Source of the DNA: Nematocida ausubeli
Taxonomy: Eukaryota
Assembly: GCF_000738915.1 (NCBI RefSeq)
Contig: NW_026515637.1
Coordinates: 496,001 to 560,000 of the forward strand
Length of the DNA stretch: 64,000 nt
Reading direction: 5' to 3'
Position numbers and translations under genes: made by a program. The notes under the pieces were generated by a model. That model was given only the letters and a program-made list of their open reading frames with translations. It was not told the DNA's origin and ran no database searches. Below, piece after piece: positions 28,486-40,791 of the stretch (its first letter is position 1; each line of letters opens with the position of its first letter).

Positions 28486-30951
28486 TTACAGCAGGTCTGT
28501 GATCTGGGTTATTCTAAGGAGGCCTTCTTCTGTGGCTGTAATGATATGATGGTGATATTGATGTATATGTGTGATAGGTGAATTATGCAGTTTTTGCGTC
28601 TTTTCATTTATCGTTAAATATCCTGTAGTATTTCCTAGTACGGTATATTTGCAGCCATCCAACGTAAATATGCAGATTGCAGACACTGGCTCATCAAATG
28701 TCTGTGTTTTAACCAAAACGGTATCGTTATCTTGTATATCGTATGTGTTGAGTGTTTTGTCTCTTGAGGATGTGAGTAGTTCTGTGCCGCACACGCTCGC
28801 TGCCAGGACTTCTTTTTTGTGGTCTGTTCTTCTGCTGTAGAGCTCAAGCCCCAGGTCACTCTCCTGGAAGGCAGGCGTAAGTTCATCCTGTGGCAAAGTA
28901 CTTCTTCCCAGGGACACTCTGTACGTGCACAGCTGACGGTCTTTACCAATGGAAAACACCTTATCATGCGAGGACAGAATGTGTGTAATGGTTTTTGTGT
29001 GCGAAAATATCTTCTGCACTGTCTCCAGGCGGGAGTTCAGAACAAAGAGGTTTGCAAATGCTTTCTGTGAAGACTTACATGCGAGAACTACCATAGAGTC
29101 AGAGTGTTTTATGAATGTGGAAATTTCAAATGGGAACCCGAATATCTTGTCTACTTCTATAAAGTGGTTTGCAGCAAGGCCAGGATCGGTTCCAATCGAT
29201 GCCTCAATGTACTCTCTTTCAGATGAAGAAGGATGTGCGAAGGCAAGTGTGGTCAAAGAAAGTTCTTGCTTTGTGGCTGTGTATGGCGTATTTGCGGATG
29301 CCCCTGCTTCTTCTTGGTTTTTAATGTGACTTTGCAAAGAAAGAGCTTTGTCTGAAAGACATTCAACTCCATCTAATTGTGCTCCTTCAGCGCTCAGATG
29401 GGATGCCTGGTGTTCTGCAAGTCTTTGGGAAATCTCTTTCAGCTTGGTGTGCGCACTCACAAGGTTAAAGAGCCTTGTGGGCTTAAATACTTTCAGAATA
29501 TTATTGCTGTTTGTAATTAGCGTAAAATCCTGTGCTGCAGCTGATGCATCTTCTGGTTGCCATCCTGCAATAACAGAATTTATTGGAAACCCATCAACAA
29601 CAGGCCTAAATATTTCCCGTATAGACTCATTCTCCACACAGAATATTCTAACAACTGGGCCGCTTGCTGCAATTATGCAGTCATGCACAATTGAAAGATG
29701 TGTTATTTTTTCAAGGCAGCCAGAGATGATATTTCCAGGTGTGTTGCAGAGTGGGGATACTCCAAGGAGATTATTCTGCTTCTTTTCCAAATCTCTATTA
29801 GACTCTTGGTGTATTCTTTGATCGTTTTCACTATTAAAGGATTCCTTTTCGTCTATTTTGTTTGTAATAGCTGGTGTGTCTGTTGCATATTTAAACATAC
29901 CGCCTGTGTTGAGTGCTATATATAGATGGCTCATTATGATGTGTGCAATCTCCTCAGTAGACTCATCCAATCCATCCAGTGCTTCGGTAATTTTTTGTCT
30001 ATTCGCATATACTTTAATTATTTCTTCATCGTATGGGCCAATCATTCCAACACACTCTGCTGTCTTTCTGCAGTTGTAAATATTAATGGAGTTGCTTAGG
30101 GATAGCACAATTACATGCGAGTTAACTATAATTCCGTCGTAAATAAGGCCCTGTGCGTATATAATCTGCAATAAAGTCAGTTTGTCTTCCTTATATTCAT
30201 ATATATACACCTTTCTATTTGTTAGCCCTGTGATAATTCGCGTGCAACTATCAGAGAGACGCAGAGACTTAGCAAACACCACATTTGCAGAGTATGTTAC
30301 ACTTGCTTTGTTCACAAAAAGTGTGTTGCTATTTGCATACATCAATACTTCTCCATGGCTCTGTTGTATAGCTGAGACATGCATGATAATGTCATTCATT
30401 CTGGCAACTGTGTCGTATCTGTCCAGTGATGCTTTCTGTATCTGCCCCTCTGCCAGGTCTGTCTGGTTCTTGTATTTAACTTTTATGAGAGCATACAAAA
30501 TAGAGATATATATATAATCCTGCGCGATATGAATGTGGTGCACCATGCCATCCACTTTCTGCTTGTAAATAACCTGGCCATCTGTTGTCATCAAAATAAT
30601 CTCTCCAGAAAGTGTTCCAATTGAAATGACTTCGTTTTCTATGGATAGCGCAGATATGCTGCTTTCTGCAGTTGTGATCATCTCGGTGGACTTGGGCACA
30701 CTCTCTGCATTCAAAGCATTTTCCACCCGGACCACAGCCCGCCCTACAGCAAAGTACACACACCCTGCATGCATAAAAGAGAGTGTTCTGCACCGTCTTG
30801 GCATCCCAACTGCCACGTGCCCCTTTTTCAATAGCTCTGCATTCAATGACACAGACAAATTTTCATTGCTTTCTTCTATATTCTGTCTTTTCTCAGACAC
30901 TTCCCGGCTGGGCAATAAATCTGCTGTATTTTCTCTGGCTGCCAGCTGCAT
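28486..30951 (-). CDS. ELP2: Elongator complex subunit Elp2 (WD40 protein, 821 aa)
   Basis: 'REIFRPVVDGFPI' (cf. EIARPQIHGY), 'EVDKIFGFPFEI' (cf. EVEKLYGHGYEI), 'ACKSS', 'HTKTITHI', 'SIGKDRQ', 'TSSRDKT'. Confidence 0.8.
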   Translation of the reverse strand: MQLAARENTADLLPSREVSEKRQNIEESNENLSVSLNAELLKKGHVAVGMPRRCRTLSFMHAGCVYFAVGRAVVRVENALNAESVPKSTEMITTAESSISALSIENEVISIGTLSGEIILMTTDGQVIYKQKVDGMVHHIHIAQDYIYISILYALIKVKYKNQTDLAEGQIQKASLDRYDTVARMNDIIMHVSAIQQSHGEVLMYANSNTLFVNKASVTYSANVVFAKSLRLSDSCTRIITGLTNRKVYIYEYKEDKLTLLQIIYAQGLIYDGIIVNSHVIVLSLSNSINIYNCRKTAECVGMIGPYDEEIIKVYANRQKITEALDGLDESTEEIAHIIMSHLYIALNTGGMFKYATDTPAITNKIDEKESFNSENDQRIHQESNRDLEKKQNNLLGVSPLCNTPGNIISGCLEKITHLSIVHDCIIAASGPVVRIFCVENESIREIFRPVVDGFPINSVIAGWQPEDASAAAQDFTLITNSNNILKVFKPTRLFNLVSAHTKLKEISQRLAEHQASHLSAEGAQLDGVECLSDKALSLQSHIKNQEEAGASANTPYTATKQELSLTTLAFAHPSSSEREYIEASIGTDPGLAANHFIEVDKIFGFPFEISTFIKHSDSMVVLACKSSQKAFANLFVLNSRLETVQKIFSHTKTITHILSSHDKVFSIGKDRQLCTYRVSLGRSTLPQDELTPAFQESDLGLELYSRRTDHKKEVLAASVCGTELLTSSRDKTLNTYDIQDNDTVLVKTQTFDEPVSAICIFTLDGCKYTVLGNTTGYLTINEKTQKLHNSPITHIHQYHHHIITATEEGLLRITQITDLL

Positions 30952-31005
30952 TTACAAGCAAATTTTTTGCTCTTTTATTCTTTTCTTTTTTGTGCTTTTC
31001 ATTCT

Positions 31006-31377
31006 ATGCCGCACCCAGCAGAGAAAAGTAGAACACGAGAGCTTCTTGGCCAGGTTGTAGTAGGAACAATGGCAGGCGCTGCAATTGGTCTGGGAATTGG
31101 TGTGCTCCAGAAGGGCTTCTGCAGAAATTCTTCAATCTCTTCCCGAATAACAGATACTATGATAATTGGAGGATCTTATGTTCTCTTTGACAATCTAATA
31201 TCAAAATATAACCTTAGCAAAACGTATAGACCAATTGTGGCCGGTCTGGCTGCAGGAAGTCTGGGGAGCAGAGGAGGGGCATCCTCTATTATTGCCACTT
31301 CAGTGGCAACAGCCTGTGCAGCGTACGCTCTGGAAAGTGCAGATATCCTAAACCAGACAGATGTACATCTGGAGTAG
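31006..31377 (+). CDS. Tim17/Tim22/Tim23-family membrane translocase (mitosomal, 123 aa, start MPHP)
   Basis: GxxxG-rich helices 'GTMAGAAIGLGIG', 'IIGGSYVLFD', 'IVAGLAAGSLG'; first ATG at 31006. Confidence 0.65.
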   Translation: MPHPAEKSRTRELLGQVVVGTMAGAAIGLGIGVLQKGFCRNSSISSRITDTMIIGGSYVLFDNLISKYNLSKTYRPIVAGLAAGSLGSRGGASSIIATSVATACAAYALESADILNQTDVHLE

Positions 31378-31844
31378 TTCACGTCTTAACAGAGCAAGTA
31401 GTAGCAAAGATAGAATAGACCAATAAAGTCTCTCAGAAGAGATAGCCTCAAAAACAATAAATGTACTTCCAATTAATACAAGCTTAACAGCAGAACTGCC
31501 GTGCTCAAATCAGATCTACCTTTCTTCCTTATAGCATCTGCTCTACTGCTTCCTGCATACTATAACAAGAGATTCTCTATAGTAGTGTCTTGGATGTTTA
31601 AATTAAAGGATAGTTAAATTAACGAAGTAATATGAATATTAGCATACATAGTGAAAATTATGAAGCACAGTGAAATCTGTCTAAATAGGTGCTGTTTGTA
31701 GAGAATTCATGCCCCTATACATATGATATGCATTCCAAATTTATTTTGCATGCAGGGCATTAACTTCTTGGATTTTCAAGAAACATTACATCTGAAGCAG
31801 CGCACAATTAATAGATGTTAAGCAAGGTCACATAATCAAATTTA

Positions 31845-32453
31845 TTAAAGGCACATGCATCTCTTACTGGAATCTGTTTCTATTGTGAACTCCGGGACTG
31901 TCTGCTCTGGCGCAGCTGAGTTTTGTATGGTTTGTGTTATTTCATTAACCAGAGAATTAATTCCCTCTGTAGTAAGCGAGCATGTCTCAACATATGCTGC
32001 TCCGTATTTCTGTACTTTCTCGGCTATTTCCTCTTTGGTTATCTGCTTGTTCTCCTGCTTTTCGAACAGGTCCAGCTTGTTACCCACAACTAGTATCTTT
32101 AGTTTTGAGTCGTTATTCTTCAGCACAAAATCCGTTATCCATCCGTCCACTCTGTCAAATGTTTCTTTTCTGGTGAGGTCAAACATGATTACGGCCATGA
32201 AGGAGTCTCTTGTGTAGTTTGGGATAAGTGAGCGGAATCTTTCCTGCCCTGCTGTGTCCCACAGCTGCAAATTCACTGTTTTTCCTCCTATCTCTGTCTT
32301 CTGGGCAAAAAAGTCTACTCCAATTGTTGGGTGGTAATCCTTTGTTTCTGTGCTGAACACATACTTTGTTATGAGCGTGGTCTTTCCTACAGCGGTATCT
32401 CCCAGAAAGACTATCTTGTACTTTGGAAGGACTTCTCTTTTTGTTGTCTTCAT
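31845..32453 (-). CDS. YPT6: Rab6/Ypt6 small GTPase (202 aa)
   Basis: KYKIVFLGDTAVGKT, PTIGVDF, LQLWDTAGQERFRSLIPNY, GNKLD and C-terminal cysteines (CMCL). Confidence 0.9.
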   Translation of the reverse strand: MKTTKREVLPKYKIVFLGDTAVGKTTLITKYVFSTETKDYHPTIGVDFFAQKTEIGGKTVNLQLWDTAGQERFRSLIPNYTRDSFMAVIMFDLTRKETFDRVDGWITDFVLKNNDSKLKILVVGNKLDLFEKQENKQITKEEIAEKVQKYGAAYVETCSLTTEGINSLVNEITQTIQNSAAPEQTVPEFTIETDSSKRCMCL

Positions 32454-33102
32454 AATTTGCAGGATTATTTTTAATATTTATAAACATAGAAATTGTATCT
32501 GCTTTGGCGCATGGTAGAGAGCAAGTAGAGCTGTGCCCACGCAGCCACTAAGGTGCATTCAAGAACTATGCTATGGGCATGCAAGCTCTTTGCTGGAGAA
32601 AAGGTTTTTGTTTTTGTTTATTCTGGAGTGCTTTTATTTACAGCGTGCTGTGCACTGGTGTATTGTGTAATTAATTGGCTACTTGCCTGCTTTATTGTTT
32701 TCTTTAGATTTTATCAAACCCAAAGTGTTCAGAGTATGTATTTTGAAGAATTTTAATTTAGAAGCAAAGTAATTCTGAAGCCACTGTATAGTTCTCTCCA
32801 AACAATTGAAAAAATCATAAGAGTATTGCCTTAGCAGCACCTTTCTCTTTTTCCGCAAGTTAATTAACTGAGTATCAGCCAGCCTCATTGCAGAAATATG
32901 CAGCAGCATCAGTTAATGTCTGTCTTGCTATTTAGCTAGCACTAAACAAAGCAATCTGACTTAGCAGACCATCCCAGGCGGTTGGTCTATATTAAAAAGA
33001 AGGCTCCGATGAAGCGCTGTGCCCTATCATATAGTGCCGCAACAGGCAAATTAAATTTCGTCTCCAGCTTTGGGTTTTATTTTTGTGTTTTTTATGTTTT
33101 TC

Positions 33103-34662
33103 ATGAATATTCTGCGGACTATAAAGAGTATTGGAAGTGGTCTGATTTTTACAACAGAAACCGAGCTGCTTTCCACAGAGGTGTACACCTCGTATCTAGG
33201 GTACTACAAAAGTAAGCCCTGCACGGTGTTTAAATACAAAAACGGCTACGCAAAAAAAGTAGAAGAAGCCTATCCGTTATTAAAGTATGTGCAGGATGTT
33301 CTTCATATCATGCCGGAGGTAATTGCGTACCAAAAGCACGGGAGCTATTTTTATATTATCACAGCAAGAATACTGCCACTTGCCTCCCAAGAAGAAATAT
33401 CTGCAAAGAAACACCAATACGAACTCTTCAACCAGTTCATATCAACGAACATCTCTATAATCAATGACTCGCTAATTAAAAAGAACAGTATTATCTTGGA
33501 GTCTGTCACGAATATGGGAAGGTCCCAGAGTGCTCCAAGTGACAGTGCTCTATTAGAGGGAATTGACTATGCAGACATATACTATGATGCAGACTGCAGT
33601 ACAAAAGCTATGGTGTTTCCTGCATTCAGAGACAAAAACACTGTTAAAAACACCCCAAACGTGATAAATGCGCTGCATGCTCTGCTGGGGAAGGAGACAT
33701 ACGCAGACATATACAATATGCTTGCAAGCCATGCAGAGGAGCTCCCAGACTATTACATCCAGTATATAATGACAGTATTTCTGGCACACTTTCAAGAAAA
33801 AGACTACAAGATCAAGGATGTGGATGCTGTCCTTACGCAGTTATTCAAAGACCAGAGCAAAAAGCGTGAAGACACAGCAACTAGTTCGCTATACTATATA
33901 GTATCAAGCATATTTCTCTTTAGTGCAACATCTATGCATAAAAATATAGAAAAGCAAAACAACACTTCTTTATTATACATCCAGGTGGTATTCTTCAGCA
34001 AGAATTTGTACGATTTGTCGATGGCAGACATAAATGACCTATTCTTGTTCCTGAATAAGAACATGGCACGCTTTAAAAAGATGCGGATGCAGATAATTGA
34101 GATGCTATTTGATGCATTGGCTGTGCTTAGCTCGAACAATAAAATGCTGTTTATACAGCTGCTAATGAAAGAGGTGCCAGCAAGTGATATTTCTGTGCAC
34201 ATCAAAAGACATATGAAGACGTTGATTGAGATTGATAATGTGTTCAACCTTCTTATCCTCCTTCTAAACATACAATGCACCATCAACTATAAACTGGGTC
34301 TTCACCTTTTGACCACAAACATTAGCAGAATTGAAATTGAAGGCATCCAGGAAATCATTCCTATTCTAAGCAGAAGATGCACAGAGGAGGAAACAATTAG
34401 AGAGACCATCTCAACGCTTAGGTTTATTGTGGAGTACATGGAAAGTAACATAAATGAGATCAAAAACGGAAAATGGAAGCTTTTAAAGTCGAAAAAAATT
34501 AAGAACCAAAAGCAAATGAAGTCAGCAGAAAGAGAGGCTGAGTGGAAAAGAAAAAACAAAGAGCACATAAACGAGAAAAAAGAAGTTCTTGCTCAGATCA
34601 GAAAAGAAGTAAAGAAAGGGCCAAATTCAAGCAATAGAACCTGGGAAAATGATGATTGGTAG
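33103..34662 (+). CDS. Hypothetical protein, possibly a highly divergent SCY1/Cex1-like pseudokinase with HEAT repeats
   Basis: Kinase N-lobe-like start ('YLGYY...CTVFKY'), helical repeats, basic tail ending 'WENDDW'; ATG at 33103 (alternative 33094); family call is weak. Confidence 0.4.
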   Translation: MNILRTIKSIGSGLIFTTETELLSTEVYTSYLGYYKSKPCTVFKYKNGYAKKVEEAYPLLKYVQDVLHIMPEVIAYQKHGSYFYIITARILPLASQEEISAKKHQYELFNQFISTNISIINDSLIKKNSIILESVTNMGRSQSAPSDSALLEGIDYADIYYDADCSTKAMVFPAFRDKNTVKNTPNVINALHALLGKETYADIYNMLASHAEELPDYYIQYIMTVFLAHFQEKDYKIKDVDAVLTQLFKDQSKKREDTATSSLYYIVSSIFLFSATSMHKNIEKQNNTSLLYIQVVFFSKNLYDLSMADINDLFLFLNKNMARFKKMRMQIIEMLFDALAVLSSNNKMLFIQLLMKEVPASDISVHIKRHMKTLIEIDNVFNLLILLLNIQCTINYKLGLHLLTTNISRIEIEGIQEIIPILSRRCTEEETIRETISTLRFIVEYMESNINEIKNGKWKLLKSKKIKNQKQMKSAEREAEWKRKNKEHINEKKEVLAQIRKEVKKGPNSSNRTWENDDW

Positions 34663-35538
34663 ATAAGGCACTTTTTGTATAAAAAGACCTTTTAGTATTT
34701 ACATTTAAACTGGATGGGGCTCTCTGCCCCAAGAACCCGCTCTTCTACCCTTAGAACAGCAATGCAGGTAGTTAATACATGATATTCTCTGTTCTGTTCT
34801 AGCCAATGTACTAAAAGAGCTCTGCTTTGTTATACACAGCACCACATTGTGGTCTAATGCTTTATAGTATCCGTCGGGAAGTGAACAGAGGGTTATAGAT
34901 CTTTCTGTTGAATCTGCAAGTTCTAGTATATTTCAGAATAGTGTGGTATGTGGACTGCAAAAAGAAAATATTTAAACTAAAGAGAGATGGTTACTAAGTC
35001 TAGTACTTCAAAAGAAATTTGGCTTTCATCATGCTATGTGGCCCATAGTGGTCTTAAATGTAAAAACGTGTGTGTACAGATAGAATAAAAAGAACTTTTA
35101 ACAAGACTTTGTCTATGTGCGCGTGCATTTTATATAGTTGAGTTTTCTTTGAAATATTAGACTTAGCTACACCGATCTCAATATTACTTGTTTCACTCTA
35201 TTTATAGATCTTTTAATCTTATATCGTATTTAGAAAAAACTTCTGGAAAATTCCAGAAGCCCACGCATTATCTCTACCTAAAGACAATTGATTGTTTATT
35301 CTTAAGCAAATAAAAGGTCAAGAGTCAATACCACAAAATAACTTTGTGTAAACAGGCAGAGGCTCTTGTAGAGTGTTGTCTAACAGTCAAAAACCAAAGG
35401 AAAATTGTATGCTCTTAAGACAAGGAAAACTAGCACATGTAAAAATAAGATATATTTTACAGCATTTGTATATTATTGCAAATATATCATATTGATGCAA
35501 TCTGAATGCTTATATATAGAAATAGTTTAAAATAATTT

Positions 35539-36513
35539 ATGTTGAGAATATTTAAACAAAAAGTATTTATCGTACTGCTTATGATTTGCTATGCATTTTC
35601 TATAAATAACAGAAGAGGCACTGAGAGTGTGATAAATAGCATAATTACAGATTTAGGTCCTAATACAATCAACAACAAGGAGAATGGGTATAGATTTAGA
35701 AAAACAGATCTAATGCCGCAGGTTACAAAAAGTTTAAGTTCTTTGGATATGCAATCCCAAATTAATTACGGAAAAGACAGCTGGCAAGCGAAGAAATTAA
35801 TAAACGAAAAAATAGGAAGCCTAATAAAAAAGCAAGCCAACTTAAATGCAGAACATGAGAGTTTAAATGAGCAGTTGAACCATGTAAACCGGAATGCACT
35901 AAATTTGAGGCGTAGAATTAGAATAATAAAATCCGAACAAAATCAGATTCTTAGAGAATTCGGGGATATGGGCAAGAATAGTTCTGATGCTAAAAAGGCG
36001 CCAAAGAAAAGCAGAGTAGGTATAAAGGCCCAGCCAAAGGAAAATTACCCTTTGCAGAGATCAGAGAAACATATAGATTTGCCAAAGGCAGTCAAGCGGC
36101 CGGAGCCAAAAAGGGATTATGTAGCTCCAGCAACAAGTGCTGTCTCAACAAATTATATTCCAAATGAAAATGCATTGCAGAATAAAGTAGACAACGACGA
36201 AGCACATTTCAACCCCCCAAGTATCAAAAGAGAGAACAGCTATGTAGTCTCTAAGGAGGAAATGGAAAGTGGTTCTATATCCTCGAAGTATACGGTGCTC
36301 GGAGTAAATCAACAAGAAGAAGATCCAGAGAATCCAGAGAATCCAGAGAATGCAGGTATATACGATTTCTATAATTTCCGCCATGAAGATTTAAATAACG
36401 TATATGTCAAAAACCCAAGCAAGGACTTAATTGAGTCAGAAATAGGATACTATGACGAAAAAAATCCAATAGTGCCAAGAGAAACATCTAGTGCAGATGA
36501 TACTTTTTATTGA
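35539..36513 (+). CDS. Secreted coiled-coil hypothetical protein (324 aa)
   Basis: N-terminal signal-peptide-like 'VFIVLLMICYAFS'; coiled coil; short (PEN)3 repeat. Confidence 0.8.
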   Translation: MLRIFKQKVFIVLLMICYAFSINNRRGTESVINSIITDLGPNTINNKENGYRFRKTDLMPQVTKSLSSLDMQSQINYGKDSWQAKKLINEKIGSLIKKQANLNAEHESLNEQLNHVNRNALNLRRRIRIIKSEQNQILREFGDMGKNSSDAKKAPKKSRVGIKAQPKENYPLQRSEKHIDLPKAVKRPEPKRDYVAPATSAVSTNYIPNENALQNKVDNDEAHFNPPSIKRENSYVVSKEEMESGSISSKYTVLGVNQQEEDPENPENPENAGIYDFYNFRHEDLNNVYVKNPSKDLIESEIGYYDEKNPIVPRETSSADDTFY

Positions 36514-37205
36514 CGCGCTCTAGTGAAAGTGCCACTCTAAGGCACAAATAATACTCTAGTAAAGAGAGGTTAGTTTGCCAGAAATTACTTTTATTGCTGA
36601 TTACTGCATATTTTCTGCTCACAGCTTGCAGGCTCTAGAGTTGTGCTTTAGCTTGATTACTTGTTCTCGATTTGTTTGTTTAAAACCTTATTCTTAAACA
36701 AATAAATTATCTTAACTAATTGGTTTCTTAAAAGTTAATTAAGTGCTGCTCCTATGGAAATAAAATGGAAACTCTACCATAGCTTTAATTTTACACTTTT
36801 ATTTTTATTCTCTAGAAAAATGTCTGGTTAACCTGCTGAAGTATATTAGAGTATATTTTTGAGTACGTTAATATAAAGCATAAATTCAAACAGCACAGCG
36901 AGATGTTAGGTGTGTAGAAGTATCTGTATCTGCATGGCCAGCACTTCAACACAAGCCCAACAAGAAATCTTTAACCTTGAAGATTAGACCAGCCATATTA
37001 AACTCGTTAAAATTTATTTCTGGATGTTTCGGAGTATATAATTATAACTAGCTGACTATACGAGATCAGCACGCATAAAAGCTTATACCATTAAATTTTT
37101 GGCATACAAAACAGCAGTGCCTCGTATGGTGTGTGTTAGAGAAAACTAAAAACTTAAATTTGAATATAACCCGAAATTTATATTATTGAGCTAGAAGAAA
37201 AGTGG

Positions 37206-40178
37206 TCACACACTTCCAGGCAGATAATAAGCATTAAATAACGAGTTTCGCGATGCTTCTTCGATTGTGTATTCTGATAGAGTACTCTTATATCGCTCTA
37301 TTACAGCACTCATATTCTTTTTAAGTTTTTTAATATGCCTTCGGTTATCTTTCAAGTCACTCTTTATTTCAATAAGAGTATTCATTGAATGTCTAATCAG
37401 CGCATATTCGGGCTTAATTCTAATTGGAAAGTATCTGTCTGTATAGAGAATAAGTAAGTCACAGCACTTTTTTATAATATAGTCAAACTCAATGACATCA
37501 GTGCAGGTTATTGTAATAATTGATATCAACAATGTATTAATAGCTGTATCTAAAACATTCTGAGAATTAGATTTGCTAAGACTCTTTATGTTTTTTACTA
37601 GCGAGTCGATATAAGAGGCATCACTGCCTTTTTTGGTAAGATGCCAAAGAATATATTTCGCGCTTTCCATATCAGCTATCCAGAAGAGATAGCTTATAGA
37701 TTCGATTTCGTTAGAATTGCACATTTCCAAATGCCTGCATAACACATTGTAAATAATCTCAGGTGCATCTATGTGAGCAAGATGCTTCAATATTTGGAGG
37801 ATAGAAGGATGAAAGAATGCATCAAAACTGACATTATTAAAGTCAATAAACACATTCGGAAAGTAGTCAATATTGTTTTTGAAGGAAAAAAGCAGCCTAA
37901 AAATATCCTTTTTCAGTAAGGAAGTTTTGAAGGATCCTGTTCCAAGAACATTAGAAACAAAGCGCACTATGCAGCTGTCTTTAGGAAGATCCATTTCGAT
38001 AGCCTTTATAAAGAAGTAGTAGATTATATGTGATTTGTAGACGTCGCCAAAGATCTTTCGAGAAAGAAAGAATCGGTTCATGCTTAAAACCTCACCTTTT
38101 TCTTCCTTTAGAGCTTTTGAAGCAATATCATACACTTCCATACCGGATGTTTCTAATAAGTGGATAGTTTCTGTATAGTCCAGGTAGCTTTCAAGCAGAA
38201 ATGCAATAAAACTCTGTGGCCTCTTGATTTGGTGTTTCATAATTAGACAATACTGTATATGATTATTATGGTAGATTTCAGAATTCCGTAAAGGCACAAG
38301 TTTTACATTTGTGTCATTCTGTTTAGAATTCAGATAAATATCAACTGATTCATCGGGTGATAAACAACACCTTATTCTAATTTCTCCAATTAGCTCTATT
38401 CTATCAGATACTTTTAGTTTCTTTAAATAAATCACATCAACCTCGCATGGCCTCCGGTTATGAAAGATTTTATTCATCATGCTGGCAATACACGTGCTTA
38501 CAAGGCCAAGTATATCATGTGACAGCATTGCTCCCTCATTTAGAATCAATTCTCTTATTTCATCAATTTTCTCTTTTTCTTCACTATATATTCCTGCAAT
38601 TTCGGAAATCACGCAGAGAATATTCAACAGCCCATTGTCCACGTGGTTTAGATTTGTTCGTCTATAGTAGATATCCTCATTGTCTAAATCTGCCACAACT
38701 TTGTTCCATTCATCGTGCATGCTGCGGGTAACTCTTTGAAAAACACGCCTGTACTTGGAGAAGAACTTCTTTAGGTTCTCCGACACATGTGGTATATTCT
38801 CAGGCATATACATCTGCGTGTTGTAGTTGTATGTAAAGGCGCAAAACATGAAAAGCAAGGAGGTTTCAACACAGTTGATAAACTTTGCTGTGGATTGTAT
38901 TCCACTAAAGTCTATGGTTACGAATGTTCTATCTGATATATACAAATCTCTTAGATTTGCTGAAATGACCTTTATAGATTTTATCTCTCTCATGTGGAAC
39001 TTTGGTTTCTCAATTGTGTGAGAAGATGATTCAAGCTCCAATGAAAATGTTATTTCTCTATTATTTAAATTGTCTGCGCTCAAGAGGGTAAATAAGAGAG
39101 TTCTATCACATTTGGTGTCTTCTGAATCAGTGAAATAACTGTAGAAAAGATTTACTGCAGAGATGTGCTTTTTGTTCAGCAGGCGCTTTGGTACAGAAGA
39201 CGTTTCTATATGCTCCCACAGAAGGTCGTGCACTGTTTGTGCAAAGAGACACAGCTCTTCACGCGTTGTGATGCATTCATATATGTACGACTGTATAAGA
39301 AACTCTGTGCTGTCCAAGAATTTTCCTGTTTTGAACTCCTTGTATGTTTTTGGCAGAGTGTATCCCTTTTTCTTGTGCACAGGATTATTTTTGCTTTTTA
39401 TGAAAAACTCAATAACTTCCATGGCCTCCCAGTAGCCCTTATGGTGGCCAACATCTGCATATTTCAACGATGGATCTGGGCCATGCATGGCAATATTAAA
39501 ATGTACCATGTTTTGGTTAGCCTTTTGCAGACTTAGTACTATACGGTCTTTCGTTTTTTCCAATTTTATGGGCACATCAATTCCCTCAGAAAGAAGAAGC
39601 AGAGAAGCAAGAATTTTGTGCGCGTGAGGTCTTGCAGCTGCACTATTAATGAACATAAAGAATGAATCCTCTTTGCTTGTTTCTATGGTTAAGTATCCGT
39701 CACAGGAGGGAAATAGTTTAATTAGCGCGCTATGGTACTCTTTGCTGTATTCAGACATACTATATGTTTCGTGCACTGTATCTTTCCCATACTCTTGTAT
39801 GATATTTTTAATTTTTTGCTTGTCATCTTCTAGAATAAAGGACATTCTATAGTTTATGGATATTTCCGGCGAAAAGAACCGCTTATTGTGCATAAGCCCC
39901 ATCTTGGTGTACACGTAGCCATGCATCATATTCAATGCTCCATAAGGGTTTATTCTGAATGGGCCTTCTTTCAAATTATTAACTTTGTAATCTCTCATAT
40001 CTGAGATAATATCTGGAGTAATTATGGCACGCACGCAGAGCAATGTAAAAAGCATAATTGATAGCACTGCATATGTAGAAGCGCCTTGGGCCTGTTTTGT
40101 GGACGAAGAATAGCTCTTCGTATATTTATATCTATCTAAAGATATATTTTTTACTGTAGAGAAAAACAATTTGCACAT
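37206..40178 (-). CDS. Nematocida large-gene-family secreted protein (990 aa)
   Basis: Hydrophobic leader; 'NPYGALN...NKRFFSPEI...KILASLLLLSEG...FLIQSYIYE...NCVETSLL' shared with 40792..43638. Confidence 0.85.
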   Translation of the reverse strand: MCKLFFSTVKNISLDRYKYTKSYSSSTKQAQGASTYAVLSIMLFTLLCVRAIITPDIISDMRDYKVNNLKEGPFRINPYGALNMMHGYVYTKMGLMHNKRFFSPEISINYRMSFILEDDKQKIKNIIQEYGKDTVHETYSMSEYSKEYHSALIKLFPSCDGYLTIETSKEDSFFMFINSAAARPHAHKILASLLLLSEGIDVPIKLEKTKDRIVLSLQKANQNMVHFNIAMHGPDPSLKYADVGHHKGYWEAMEVIEFFIKSKNNPVHKKKGYTLPKTYKEFKTGKFLDSTEFLIQSYIYECITTREELCLFAQTVHDLLWEHIETSSVPKRLLNKKHISAVNLFYSYFTDSEDTKCDRTLLFTLLSADNLNNREITFSLELESSSHTIEKPKFHMREIKSIKVISANLRDLYISDRTFVTIDFSGIQSTAKFINCVETSLLFMFCAFTYNYNTQMYMPENIPHVSENLKKFFSKYRRVFQRVTRSMHDEWNKVVADLDNEDIYYRRTNLNHVDNGLLNILCVISEIAGIYSEEKEKIDEIRELILNEGAMLSHDILGLVSTCIASMMNKIFHNRRPCEVDVIYLKKLKVSDRIELIGEIRIRCCLSPDESVDIYLNSKQNDTNVKLVPLRNSEIYHNNHIQYCLIMKHQIKRPQSFIAFLLESYLDYTETIHLLETSGMEVYDIASKALKEEKGEVLSMNRFFLSRKIFGDVYKSHIIYYFFIKAIEMDLPKDSCIVRFVSNVLGTGSFKTSLLKKDIFRLLFSFKNNIDYFPNVFIDFNNVSFDAFFHPSILQILKHLAHIDAPEIIYNVLCRHLEMCNSNEIESISYLFWIADMESAKYILWHLTKKGSDASYIDSLVKNIKSLSKSNSQNVLDTAINTLLISIITITCTDVIEFDYIIKKCCDLLILYTDRYFPIRIKPEYALIRHSMNTLIEIKSDLKDNRRHIKKLKKNMSAVIERYKSTLSEYTIEEASRNSLFNAYYLPGSV

Positions 40179-40791
40179 ATTTGAAAATTTACTAGTAGTA
40201 TTTAAATAATTTTAAAATTTAAAGATTATTTTACTGCAAAGTATGCAACGAAAGTAATTGTGAAAATGTATGTTGGTTTTTCTTGCCATGAGGGCATGCA
40301 GCCCTTCTCTTCCCGGGTCAGCAATGTAGATTGGTACTAGTTATTGTCTTCTGGGTTTTGGCTGCAGGTCAACCTGCTACAAGGAACTCTACTGGTTTGC
40401 GCATCAAATAATAGTAATCTATGCTTGTTTATACTTTGCATTACATTACAATCTGCTTTGATAATATTGCTTTATTATGTAAACAAACTTTAATATATAC
40501 TGTTGCCCACTAAGAAAACTAAAGATGAAAATTTATTTAAAATTACTACTATATAGAACTACTCGTAACATAAAGTCTAAAGTTGAATAATGAAAATTAT
40601 GTAAAATCTAAATATTTCTCAGCTTACAATGGAATAAAGAGCCCTTTGTATACCTCTAAATGTAGTGTAGAGGAATGAAAATACTGCATTTTAATTATGA
40701 TACACCACTTAAACACAAGTTTTATTCTTAAATAATATTTTATCAGAGCCAAATATACTCAGTGCATGTTTAGGCCAAATGATATAGAAAA